Source: an uncultured Gemmatimonadales bacterium (GTDB lineage: Bacteria; Gemmatimonadota; Gemmatimonadetes; Gemmatimonadales; GWC2-71-9). From it: DNA of 64,000 nucleotides. Below, one piece after another: positions 41,160 to 49,589 of the stretch; the stretch's first letter is position 1, and each line of letters starts with the position of its first letter. The stretch covers positions 352,001-416,000 of the forward strand of contig CAWCFX010000002.1 of assembly GCA_963795085.1 (NCBI GenBank), written 5' to 3'. The translations under genes and the position numbers were made by a program. The notes beneath the pieces were generated by a model, which had not been told where the DNA came from, made no database searches, and saw only the letters and a list, made by a program, of their open reading frames with translations.

Positions 41160-41250
41160 GAATTGAAGGAATTGAGGGAATTGAAGGAATTGAGGGAATT
41201 GAAGGAATTGAAGGAATTGAAGGAATTGAGGGAATTGAGGGAATTTGAAG
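41160..41250. repeat. 9-bp tandem repeat GAATTGA(A/G)G, 9 copies plus one degenerate copy
   Basis: Nine contiguous units 41160-41240 followed by GAATTTGAAG, intergenic between the merR-type gene and surE. Confidence 0.95.
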
Positions 41251-41280
41251 ATCCCGGTGAATGGAGGGCGCTCCGTCCAG

Positions 41281-41661
41281 CTAGTCAATGGATTCGGGCT
41301 TCTTTACCGGCTTGCCATCCAGGATATCCATCACGTCCTGCAAGGCCGACCGGAGCTCGGTGACCGCTTCGCCGGCCAGCACTTTGCGCGCGCTGCTGCG
41401 GAGTTCACCGGTGCGCCGGTAGTGGTCGATCCGCTGCCGGGCCCCCTCGATGGTGTACTTCTCCGTGTAGAGCAGGTGCTTGACCAGCATGATGAGCTCG
41501 ACTTCCCGGCTCTTGTAAACCCGGTTGCCGGACCGGTTCTTCGCCGGGTTGAGAAACCGGAACTGGCTCTCCCAGTAGCGCAGGACATGCGGCTTGAGAT
41601 CGGTGAGGGTGCACACCTCGCCGATCGAAAAGAATTCCTGCGCCTGCCGCGCCATCGTCAC
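41281..41661 (-). CDS. MerR-family HTH transcriptional regulator
   Basis: FSIGEV, HVLRYWESQF, KNRSGNRVY, LLY.EKYTIEGA. Confidence 0.9.
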   Translation of the reverse strand: MTMARQAQEFFSIGEVCTLTDLKPHVLRYWESQFRFLNPAKNRSGNRVYKSREVELIMLVKHLLYTEKYTIEGARQRIDHYRRTGELRSSARKVLAGEAVTELRSALQDVMDILDGKPVKKPESID

Positions 41662-42656
41662 CGCCAGAGCTCCGGCTTGAGCGTTCGGTCCATCAGGTCA
41701 CGTACCCCCTGGGTTGGCGATTTACCATCGAACAGGACGGCCGACACCTGCTCGGTAATAGGTAGTTCAACGCCATGCCGCCGGGCCAGCAGCGTGGCGG
41801 CGCGGGCGGTGTTGACGCCCTCGGCGACGGTCCGATGGGCGGCCTGGTACTGGTCCAGGCTCTGCCCCTGGGCCAGGGCGATACCGAGCGCCCGGTTCCG
41901 GCTCAGGGCCCCGGTGGTCGTGAGGATCAGGTCCCCCATGCCGGCCAGTCCGGCGAAGGTCATCGGATCCGCTCCCATCGCTACCCCAAGGCGGGTCATC
42001 TCCGCGAGGCCGCGGGTCACCAGCGCCGCGCGGGGATTGTTACCCAGCCCCAGGCCCTCCAGGATGCCGGCGGCGATGGCGATGACGTTCTTGAGCGCCC
42101 CGCCCAGTTCCACCCCGACCATGTCCTGGTTGGAATAGACCCGAAACCGGCTGGTGGCGAAGATCTGCTGCACCTCCCGAGAGGTTTCCGCCTCCCGGGC
42201 GGCAGCCACCACCGCGGTCGGCTGATGCTGGCACACCTCCTCCGCGAAGCTGGGACCCGAGAGCACCGCGACCCGGGGACGGGCCAGGGTTTCCTCCAGA
42301 ACGGACGACATCAGGGCCAGCGACTCCGGTTCGATCCCCTTGGTGGCGCTGACGACCAGCATCTCCGGGGGCAGGATGCCGGCCAGCCGCCGCACCACGG
42401 ACCGCACCGCGTGGCTGGGCGCCACCGAAAGCACGACATTGGCCCCCTCGACTGCGGCGGGCGGATCGCCGAAGGCGCGGAGCTCCGGCGCCAGCACCAC
42501 GTTGGGCAGGAACACCGGGTTGCAGTGCTGCCGGTTGATGGCCTCGACCACCTCCGCCTCATGGGCCCAGAGCCGGACCGCGTGCCCCTTGGTCGCCAGC
42601 AGGTTGGCCAGGGTCGTTCCCCAGCTCCCCGCCCCCAGTACCGCCACGGTGGTCAT
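41658..42656 (-). CDS. gpsA: NAD(P)H-dependent glycerol-3-phosphate dehydrogenase
   Basis: VLGAGSWGT, TKGIE, LSGPSFA, GVELGGALKNVIAIA, GMGDL.LT...SRN. Confidence 0.96.
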   Translation of the reverse strand: MTTVAVLGAGSWGTTLANLLATKGHAVRLWAHEAEVVEAINRQHCNPVFLPNVVLAPELRAFGDPPAAVEGANVVLSVAPSHAVRSVVRRLAGILPPEMLVVSATKGIEPESLALMSSVLEETLARPRVAVLSGPSFAEEVCQHQPTAVVAAAREAETSREVQQIFATSRFRVYSNQDMVGVELGGALKNVIAIAAGILEGLGLGNNPRAALVTRGLAEMTRLGVAMGADPMTFAGLAGMGDLILTTTGALSRNRALGIALAQGQSLDQYQAAHRTVAEGVNTARAATLLARRHGVELPITEQVSAVLFDGKSPTQGVRDLMDRTLKPELWR

Positions 42657-43279
42657 GAGATGGTCGGCTCCGTCCGCCGCCGGGTCCGGAACCGGTTCTC
42701 GGTTCCCTTGAGCAAGCGCTGCACGTTGGTGCGATGCTTGACGATCAGGAACGCCGCCAGCAGGATGTCAAACCAGAGCGGTTCGGGCCGCTCCGGATGC
42801 AGCAGCATGGCGGCCGGCGGAAAGAGCGCCGCGGCGGTAATGCTGGCCAGCGATACATATCCCGTCAGCCAGAGCACCAGCCCCCAGGCCGAGCCCACCG
42901 CCAGCAGGGCGAGCGGGGCCAGCCCCAGCACCACGCCGGCCGCGGTCGCGACGCCCTTGCCGCCCTTGAACCCCACGAATACCGAAAACACGTGGCCGGC
43001 CACTGCGGCGATGCCGCAGTACACCGGGAACATGGCCACGTCCGGTACTCGCGCCCCGAAGACCACCACCGGCACCGCGCCCTTCGCCACGTCGAATAAT
43101 CCCACCGGAACCGCGTACTTCCAGCCCAGCGTCCGGTAAAGGTTCGTGGCGCCGAGATTCCGGCTGCCGTGCTCGCGAAGGTCGATGCCCCGGAACATCC
43201 GTCCCACCAGGTAGCTGGTGGGAATCGCCCCCAGGAGATAGGAGGCCAGGATCCAGCCAGCGAACTCCGCGCTGATCAC
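42653..43279 (-). CDS. plsY: Acyl-phosphate:glycerol-3-phosphate acyltransferase
   Basis: YLLGAIP, GS.NLGATN, D..KG, GH..S.F..FKGGKGVAT, KH..N..RL..GTE. GTG start at 43279. Confidence 0.95.
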   Translation of the reverse strand: MISAEFAGWILASYLLGAIPTSYLVGRMFRGIDLREHGSRNLGATNLYRTLGWKYAVPVGLFDVAKGAVPVVVFGARVPDVAMFPVYCGIAAVAGHVFSVFVGFKGGKGVATAAGVVLGLAPLALLAVGSAWGLVLWLTGYVSLASITAAALFPPAAMLLHPERPEPLWFDILLAAFLIVKHRTNVQRLLKGTENRFRTRRRTEPTIS

Positions 43280-43284
43280 AGGGG

Positions 43285-44649
43285 CTAACGCTCTCGAGTG
43301 ATCCGGCCGTCGTCCCCCCGAGCCTTTGCCCGGGCGCCCCGGCTGGTGAACTTGATCCTGAGCGGCGCCCCGTCGAAGTGCCACGCCGCTCGAAATCCGT
43401 TGACCAGGTAGCGCAGGTACGACTCGGGGACATCGTCCGGCCGGTTGGTAACGATGGCGATCTCCGGCGGCCCCGTCCCGATCTGCGAGGCGTAGAGAAG
43501 CTTGACCTCCTCGCCCGGCTTCTGCGGAGGCGCCGCCCGCTGGATCAGTTCTTCCAGCACCCGGTTGACCTCCGCGGTGGGTACCCGCCGCTCCCGTCCC
43601 TCCGCGACCTCGAGTATCAGGTCCAGCAGCTTCCGGGCTCGCTGGCCGGTAAGCGCGGAGAGATACAGAAACGGGACATACCGAAGGAAGGGCGCCTTTT
43701 CCATCAGGATCTCCTGGCCCCGCCGCGACGTATTGGCGTCCTTTTCCTCTACCATGTCCCACTTGTTTACCGCCACGATCAACCCGCACCCGGCGTCCCA
43801 TGCCTGGGTCGCGATACGCAGGTCCTGGGCGTGCATTCCCAGCGCCGCATCTACCACGAGCACGCAGACCTGGGCACGGTCGATGGCTCGCTCGGTCCGC
43901 AGGCTCGAGTAGAACTCCACGTCATCTTCTACTTTAGATCGTCTCCGTAAACCTGCTGTATCAATGAAGTTGAGAACTTTCTCATGATACCGCAAGGGGG
44001 AGTCGATCGCGTCCCGGGTTGTCCCCGCCTCCGGGGCCACTACGTGCCGGTCCTCCCCCAGCAGCCGGTTAATCAGGGACGATTTACCCGCGTTGGGCCG
44101 CCCTACGACCGCGACATCGATGGTCGGTTCCTCGGGCAGCGGGGGTTCCGCGGGCATTCTTTCTACCACGGCATCGAGCAGGTCCCCGCTCCCCTTCCCC
44201 ACCTGGGCCGAGACGAGGATGGGATCGTCGAAGCCGAGCTGGTAGAACTCGTACTGGGTGGTGGTCCGCGGAAGGTCGTCGAGCTTGTTGATCGCCAGGA
44301 TGACCGGACGGCCGGACTTCCGCAGCTTGGCGGCGATCTCGCGGTCCACCGGGCTCAGCCCTTCCTTGCCATCCACCACGAAGAGGATGACGTCCGCCTC
44401 GTTCAGCGCGATATCCACCTGCTCCCGGATGGCCCGGTCGATCGATGCCTGGGACGAAGGCACCAGTCCGCCCGTATCCACGACCCAGAAGTTCCGGCCG
44501 CCCCACTCGCCGTCGCCGAAGTGGCGGTCACGGGTGGTCCCGGGCTGGTCGGCGACGATGGCCCGGCGGCCGCCCAGCAGCCGGTTGAAGAGCGTGGACT
44601 TGCCGACATTGGGCCGGCCGACAATCGCGACGGTGGGTTTGGATGCCAT
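43285..44649 (-). CDS. der: Ribosome biogenesis GTPase Der (EngA)
   Basis: Two G domains (GRPNVGKSTLFN and GRPNAGKSSL), DTGG/DTAG, NKLD/NKWD, and a KH-like C-terminus. Confidence 0.97.
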   Translation of the reverse strand: MASKPTVAIVGRPNVGKSTLFNRLLGGRRAIVADQPGTTRDRHFGDGEWGGRNFWVVDTGGLVPSSQASIDRAIREQVDIALNEADVILFVVDGKEGLSPVDREIAAKLRKSGRPVILAINKLDDLPRTTTQYEFYQLGFDDPILVSAQVGKGSGDLLDAVVERMPAEPPLPEEPTIDVAVVGRPNAGKSSLINRLLGEDRHVVAPEAGTTRDAIDSPLRYHEKVLNFIDTAGLRRRSKVEDDVEFYSSLRTERAIDRAQVCVLVVDAALGMHAQDLRIATQAWDAGCGLIVAVNKWDMVEEKDANTSRRGQEILMEKAPFLRYVPFLYLSALTGQRARKLLDLILEVAEGRERRVPTAEVNRVLEELIQRAAPPQKPGEEVKLLYASQIGTGPPEIAIVTNRPDDVPESYLRYLVNGFRAAWHFDGAPLRIKFTSRGARAKARGDDGRITRER

Positions 44650-44670
44650 GGCGCTACCGGGTCATCGGGT

Positions 44671-45978
44671 TCATGAGAACTCCCGGGGGCGCACGACGCC
44701 GGCCACAGCGGGTTGATCGGCGAGCGCATCCACGAACCAGTACGAGGCCCGGACCTCCATGGGCGCCGCGCTCGTGAACTGCTCCCAGGTCAGGTCATCC
44801 ATGAAGAGCCCGTGGTCATTGAGTGCCTCGGCGGGGATGAGAGCAAGGTCCAGATCGGTCCGCTCCGCGAGGGCCGCCTGAAAGGCTGCGCCTGGCAGGA
44901 GCCCGGCGCAGGTCACCGTGGAGCCGAAGAGGGTATTGACGAGCGGCAGCAGCTCAAAGTGCGCGCCGGTGGCCGCGGCCAGGGGCGCCAGGACCTGGGG
45001 CATGAGTTCGGCCATCGAGGGGCCGGTGAGGACGCCAATCCGGCGGCCGCTCCAGAGGTCCAGCCCCTCCGGGTGCTCCGCGATCTTCTGCTGAAGAAAG
45101 CGGACCGAACCTACCCCATTCTCCACCTGCTGGAAATCGTCGTAGTTCTCCGCCGGGGGCAGCGGCAAACCGGCCCGAAGATACAACTCGTCCGCGCCGA
45201 ACGCCCAGGTGATCCCCCGCTCCCGCCTGGCCAGGTGTGCCCGTTCTTCCAGCAGGTGGATCGCGCCCCGGCATTCTTCCGCGGTCGGCTCGCGTACCAT
45301 GTGATGCTTGCTGAACTCGGTGAGTCCCACCGGGACCACCGAGACATTGAGCACCGACGTCCCCATCCCATACAGGTCCTCCAGCGTCTGCCGCAGCACC
45401 GAGCCATCGTTGACCCCGGGCGACATCACCACCTGGGTGTGAAACTGGATGCCGACGGAAGCGAACTGCCGCAACTGCTCCAGGATGTCCGGCGCCAGCG
45501 GATTGCGAAGCAGGTAGCGGCGGGCGACCGGGTCCGTCGCATGGACGGACACATAAAGAGGGGAAAGCCGGTACTCGATGATCCGGTCGACGTCCCACGG
45601 CTTCAGATTGGTCAGGGTGGCGAAGTTGCCGTACTTGAACGAGAGGCGATAGTCATCGTCACGGATGTAGAGCGTTTCACGAAGGCCGGCCGGCAGCCCG
45701 TCCACGAAGCAGAAATCACAGCGGTTGGCGCAGCGGCGAACCCGGGGCGGTTCCACTTCAACGCCCATCGGAAGACCTTCGGGCCGCTCGATGTCAAACT
45801 CGATCTCCTCCCCGCCTGGCTGCCGGACGTGCAGAAGAAAGAGGTCGTCCGCCGTCAGGAACTCCCAGTCCAGAAAATCTTCGATCTCCCGGCCGTTGAC
45901 GCTGATCAACTCGGTGCCAGGCACCAAGCCCAGCTCCATTGCCAGCGTTTCCGGGTACACCGATGTCACCTTGATCAT
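44671..45978 (-). CDS. DUF512 PDZ/radical-SAM-like Fe-S protein
   Basis: N-terminal PDZ-like segment, CANRCDFCF, DDDYRLSF..GN..TL.N, PG.NDG, VPVGLT, Q.ENGVG. Confidence 0.85.
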   Translation of the reverse strand: MIKVTSVYPETLAMELGLVPGTELISVNGREIEDFLDWEFLTADDLFLLHVRQPGGEEIEFDIERPEGLPMGVEVEPPRVRRCANRCDFCFVDGLPAGLRETLYIRDDDYRLSFKYGNFATLTNLKPWDVDRIIEYRLSPLYVSVHATDPVARRYLLRNPLAPDILEQLRQFASVGIQFHTQVVMSPGVNDGSVLRQTLEDLYGMGTSVLNVSVVPVGLTEFSKHHMVREPTAEECRGAIHLLEERAHLARRERGITWAFGADELYLRAGLPLPPAENYDDFQQVENGVGSVRFLQQKIAEHPEGLDLWSGRRIGVLTGPSMAELMPQVLAPLAAATGAHFELLPLVNTLFGSTVTCAGLLPGAAFQAALAERTDLDLALIPAEALNDHGLFMDDLTWEQFTSAAPMEVRASYWFVDALADQPAVAGVVRPREFS

Positions 45979-46119
45979 GCCAACCCGTTCTGGACAAAAA
46001 GCGGGAGACTCAGGCGGAGCCCCCCGGTATAAGCGCTAAAATATTGTCAGGGAACGAGTTAAAAGCAAGACATGAAGCAGTTTCCATCCCTTTGTCGATG
46101 GGGACCCAGGGTGGAAGCC

Positions 46120-46155
46120 AAGAAAAAGGGCCCGGTTACAAGGACCGGACCCCTT
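46120..46155 (-). terminator. Rho-independent terminator after the pilin gene
   Basis: Minus strand GGGGTCCGGT-CCTTGTA-ACCGGGCCCT followed by TTTTCTT. Confidence 0.75.
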
Positions 46156-46182
46156 CCCTTTCCACCCCACCCATGGTGTTCG

Positions 46183-46593
46183 CTACCAGCAGGCCGGTGC
46201 GGCCTCCTGGACGACCACCGCGTTTGGCGAGTTGGCGGCGGGACCGACATAGATCCCGCAAGTGGTTGGGGCCACTGTCAGCGCCCCGTTGGTCATCGTT
46301 GCCGTGTATCCGTTTATGCTGACGTTGGCCAGTGCGCCGAGCACGTTGCCGGGAGTCGCGTTGAACGCCACCACCCCGGGACCCTGCACCGCGCCCACCG
46401 CAGGGGCATAGCCGGCGTAGTCGAAGTAGTAGCCCTCCTGCGCCGTGGCCAGGTTCCGCAGGTCAGTCTTCATCGAGGCCAGGATACTCTTGGCCTTGGT
46501 GTTGGCGAACTTCGGAATGGCGATCGCGGCGAGGATGCCGATGATCACCACTACGATCAACAGTTCGATGAGGGTGAAGCCGCGCCTGGTCAT
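46183..46593 (-). CDS. Type IV pilin (prepilin-peptidase substrate), probable major pilin
   Basis: MTRRG/FTLIELLIVVVIIGILAAIAIPKF class III signal with E5, a C-terminal Cys pair, and its own promoter and terminator. Confidence 0.92.
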   Translation of the reverse strand: MTRRGFTLIELLIVVVIIGILAAIAIPKFANTKAKSILASMKTDLRNLATAQEGYYFDYAGYAPAVGAVQGPGVVAFNATPGNVLGALANVSINGYTATMTNGALTVAPTTCGIYVGPAANSPNAVVVQEAAPACW

Positions 46594-46656
46594 CGGAAAG
46601 ACACCTTCCGTCAGAGTACCCCTGTCCGCCTGGGCGGCAAGGTACCCGCTGGAAAG

Positions 46657-46671
46657 GCAACACACATGCCA
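46657..46671 (-). promoter_or_regulatory. sigma54 (-24/-12) promoter of the pilin gene
   Basis: Minus strand TGGCAT-GTGTG-TTGC matches TGGCAC-N5-TTGC with exact spacing, about 64 nt upstream of the ATG. Confidence 0.8.
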
Positions 46672-46783
46672 TTTTCCTTCTGGCGGGGGAAGTCTCTGAG
46701 GCACAACCATTTACGAACGGATGCGAAGAATTCTGCAGACCACCCTCCCGTGCCTGACAGGTGATCTTTGCAAGAAAACCGGA

Positions 46784-47851
46784 TCAACCCTCCCAGATTC
46801 CACCCCACGACTGCAGGAGAAGGTTGGACAGCGATTCCGGCTCGGCGCGGCGGGGATTAGGGTAGGAACGGCTGAGGACCATGGCGGTCACGCCGGGGAT
46901 ATCGGCCCGGGCCAGGCCCAACCCCCGCAGGGAAACCGGGTACCCCGTGGCGGCGCCAAGTGATCGCACGAGGTCGAAGAGCAGTCCCGGCAACTGACTC
47001 GGCATGATCCCCCCTGGCTGACGCGGCCAGACCTCGGCCAGGCGTTCCATGGCCCCGGCTGCGGCCTCCGCATTGTAGCGCAGGACGTATGGCAGCAGGA
47101 CCGCGTGAACCCCGGCGTGGTCCAACCCGTAACTGCCGCCCAGGACATGGCAGAGGTTGTGGTGCAGGCCCATTGAGGCGTCCGAAAGCGCCCGCCCCGC
47201 CAGCCAGGCCCCCTTGAGGACCCCGGTGCGCACAGCCACATCGTGAGACTGGAGGACCAGCGAGGGCAGATGCTGCATGAGGAGGGAGAACCCTCTCAGG
47301 GCAGCGCTGGCCGTGCCCGGTCCTGGTGCGACCGCATAGACCGCCTCACAGCAGTGCGCTGCCGCGTTGAAGCCGCTGGGTATGGCGAACCGGGGCGGAA
47401 AGCTCAGCATCAGGTTCGGGTCATAGAGCACCGCCCGGGGACGCACCCTCTCGTCCCGTCCGGTAATCTTGGCTCCATCATTGGTGATGCCCCAGATCGG
47501 CGTCATTTCCGAGCCGGAGTAAGTAGTGGGGATGGCGAGAATGGGCGGCCCGCCCTGCAGGGCACAGGCCTTGGCGAGACCGATGGCCGAGCCGCCCCCC
47601 AGCGCAATGGCCAGGTCCGCTCCCGCGGCGGCCATCCTGGCCGCCGTTTCGGCCCCGGCGTCGGCCTGGACATGCATGGATGTCCGGGTTTCGAATCCGG
47701 CGAGCGAACCGAGCAGTTCCTGAATTCGCTCCGCCGGCGCCCGGCGCCCGGGGCTGGCGATCAGAAAGGGATGCCTGGCGCCGGTCCGGGCGACCAGTTT
47801 GGGGAGTTCTTCGAGTGCGCCGGCGCCGAAGATCACGTCCGGAACAGTCAC
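46784..47851 (-). CDS. Maleylacetate reductase (Fe-ADH family)
   Basis: VIFGAG, MHV, GGGSAIGLAKA, IPTTYSGSEMT...G.T, NA.AH..EA.YA, MGLHH.LCHVLGG, H...HAVLLPY. Confidence 0.85.
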   Translation of the reverse strand: MTVPDVIFGAGALEELPKLVARTGARHPFLIASPGRRAPAERIQELLGSLAGFETRTSMHVQADAGAETAARMAAAGADLAIALGGGSAIGLAKACALQGGPPILAIPTTYSGSEMTPIWGITNDGAKITGRDERVRPRAVLYDPNLMLSFPPRFAIPSGFNAAAHCCEAVYAVAPGPGTASAALRGFSLLMQHLPSLVLQSHDVAVRTGVLKGAWLAGRALSDASMGLHHNLCHVLGGSYGLDHAGVHAVLLPYVLRYNAEAAAGAMERLAEVWPRQPGGIMPSQLPGLLFDLVRSLGAATGYPVSLRGLGLARADIPGVTAMVLSRSYPNPRRAEPESLSNLLLQSWGGIWEG

Positions 47852-48501
47852 CCGATCACGCCCCGGACCATCGCCTGGACCGCCGCCATTTCGTCCTCGT
47901 TCACGATGTGGCCCATGCCCGGATAAAGCCGCATGGTGACATCTCCCCCCAGCAGCTGGAGAACCGCAGCGGTTTCCTGCACCCGCGAAGCGGGAATGTG
48001 GCCGTCCACGTCACTGCAGCCGAGGAAGACCGGAGTGCCTGAGAGGGAGCCGGCGTATTCACGCGAGGTCCCCACCGGACCGATGAGCCCTCCGCTCAGT
48101 CCGGCGATGCCGGCGTACCGGCGGGCGTGGCGCGCCGCAAACTCGGTGGCCAGGCAGGCTCCCTGCGAGAACCCGAGGAGAATGGTCCGCTCGGGGGGAA
48201 TGCCTGCCGTTGCGACCTGGTCCAGGACTCGTTCGAGGGCCCGCATGGCCGAGGAGATCCCCGGCTCGTTATCGGCCAGCGGGTTCAGAAAGCTGTAGGG
48301 ATACCAGGTGTTTCCTGCCGCCTGCGGCGCCAGTGCCGCTACCAGTCCCCTGTCCTGGGAGGGCAGCAGGGAGAGGATGCTCCGGGCCGTGGCACCCCTC
48401 CCGTGGACCATGACCATCGCGACCTGCGCCTCCGCGAGCGCGGCGCCAGCGCTGAGGACCGGCTGTCCGGCATGGGGATCGGCTTCCGGCCCGGCGCTCA
48501 C
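47848..48501 (-). CDS. Phospholipase/carboxylesterase (alpha/beta hydrolase, MhqD-like)
   Basis: HGRGA, APQAAGNTWYPYSF, GFSQGACL, GCSD.D.HIP, YPGMGH. Confidence 0.88.
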   Translation of the reverse strand: MSAGPEADPHAGQPVLSAGAALAEAQVAMVMVHGRGATARSILSLLPSQDRGLVAALAPQAAGNTWYPYSFLNPLADNEPGISSAMRALERVLDQVATAGIPPERTILLGFSQGACLATEFAARHARRYAGIAGLSGGLIGPVGTSREYAGSLSGTPVFLGCSDVDGHIPASRVQETAAVLQLLGGDVTMRLYPGMGHIVNEDEMAAVQAMVRGVIG

Positions 48502-49496
48502 CGCGCGACTCCGCTGGCAATGACCACCGGCTGGCCATCGGGGTCGTGAGTCGCGATGGCTTGGAAGCGAAGCCGGTCGGGGCCGAATTCTTCGGCCCGG
48601 GAAACCGGCACTCGCGCGGCGGTGAGCGCCTCAGCCAGAGTGGGAAGATCTCCCGCCGACGTGAGACCATAGTGCGCGACCTGGCCCGATCCCATGCGCA
48701 CCGGTTGCTCCCGCTCCGGCCTTCGCTCGAAGTAGGTGACCAGGGTTCCCGGGGCTCCCTGCCCCGTCCCCCAGTACCAGTGAGAGGATTGGGCATCATC
48801 GAAGTTGCTGGTGCGCTTCACCCTCCGCATCCCGAGGCGGCGGCCGAGGAACTGATGGATCCGCTCGATATCGGCTCCGATGGCGGTGACGTGATGGAGC
48901 CCTTCGATCCGCATGGCCGGGAGAATCTCAGGGACCGCATCCGGCCAGTTCTCCGCCGCCACCCGGGCCCGGTCTCGGTTGGTATTGAGCATTTCCGGCG
49001 GCGGCGGACGGTGGCTCTCGCCGAGACAACCGGGCGCTTCGTCGATGGTCCAACCGGGCCCCACGGTCGCCAGCTCGACGATGGTTCCGTCCGGATCCCG
49101 GGTATATATCGATTGGAAGTAGTGGCGGTCCAGAATACCGTTGACAGGATAACCGGCGTCCAGCAGTCGGCGTTTCCATCGAAGCAGGATTTCCCGGTCC
49201 GCCACCGCCAGCGCAAAATGATGGGTGCCGCCGAGTCCGGGCGCACCGGGCGGCGCCGCCGGCTGGTCGAGCACGGCGAGCACGCTGCGGGATCCGCCTC
49301 GGCCGTCTCCGAAGTACACCGCGGGCGACGGAGCCAGCACGCCGGCCTGGCCTGGCGCGGTAAAGGGGGCCGCGCCGTCACCCAGTGACGCCAGCCCGAG
49401 TACGCGGCCGTAGAACTCCGCAGCACGGGGCAGTTCCCGGCTGACCACGGCGATATGGTGGAGCCCGTCGAGTCCGGCGTGATCTGTCATCGGCAT
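48498..49496 (-). CDS. VOC-superfamily ring-cleaving dioxygenase (MhqO/LinE/PcpA-like)
   Basis: GLHH, THHFALAV, DRHYFQSIY.RDPDG..VELAT.GPG, GLHHVTAI..VKRT.NFDD. Confidence 0.8.
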   Translation of the reverse strand: MPMTDHAGLDGLHHIAVVSRELPRAAEFYGRVLGLASLGDGAAPFTAPGQAGVLAPSPAVYFGDGRGGSRSVLAVLDQPAAPPGAPGLGGTHHFALAVADREILLRWKRRLLDAGYPVNGILDRHYFQSIYTRDPDGTIVELATVGPGWTIDEAPGCLGESHRPPPPEMLNTNRDRARVAAENWPDAVPEILPAMRIEGLHHVTAIGADIERIHQFLGRRLGMRRVKRTSNFDDAQSSHWYWGTGQGAPGTLVTYFERRPEREQPVRMGSGQVAHYGLTSAGDLPTLAEALTAARVPVSRAEEFGPDRLRFQAIATHDPDGQPVVIASGVAR

Positions 49497-49589
49497 CCCC
49501 TTGAAACGAAGCTGGTGTGCCTGAAGAAAACGACCCGCTCCAAGTCTAGGCCGGGGAGCGGGTCAGGGGTAGCGAGCTGGCCAGGCGGT

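Noticed and set aside
41160..41250. Repeat as a CRISPR array, or as a coding ELRELK/GIEGIE repeat (ORFs 41163-41363 and 40748-41248)
   Set aside because: The units are contiguous 9-mers with no spacers and there are no cas genes. The ORFs are simple translations of the repeat overlapping real genes on the other strand.
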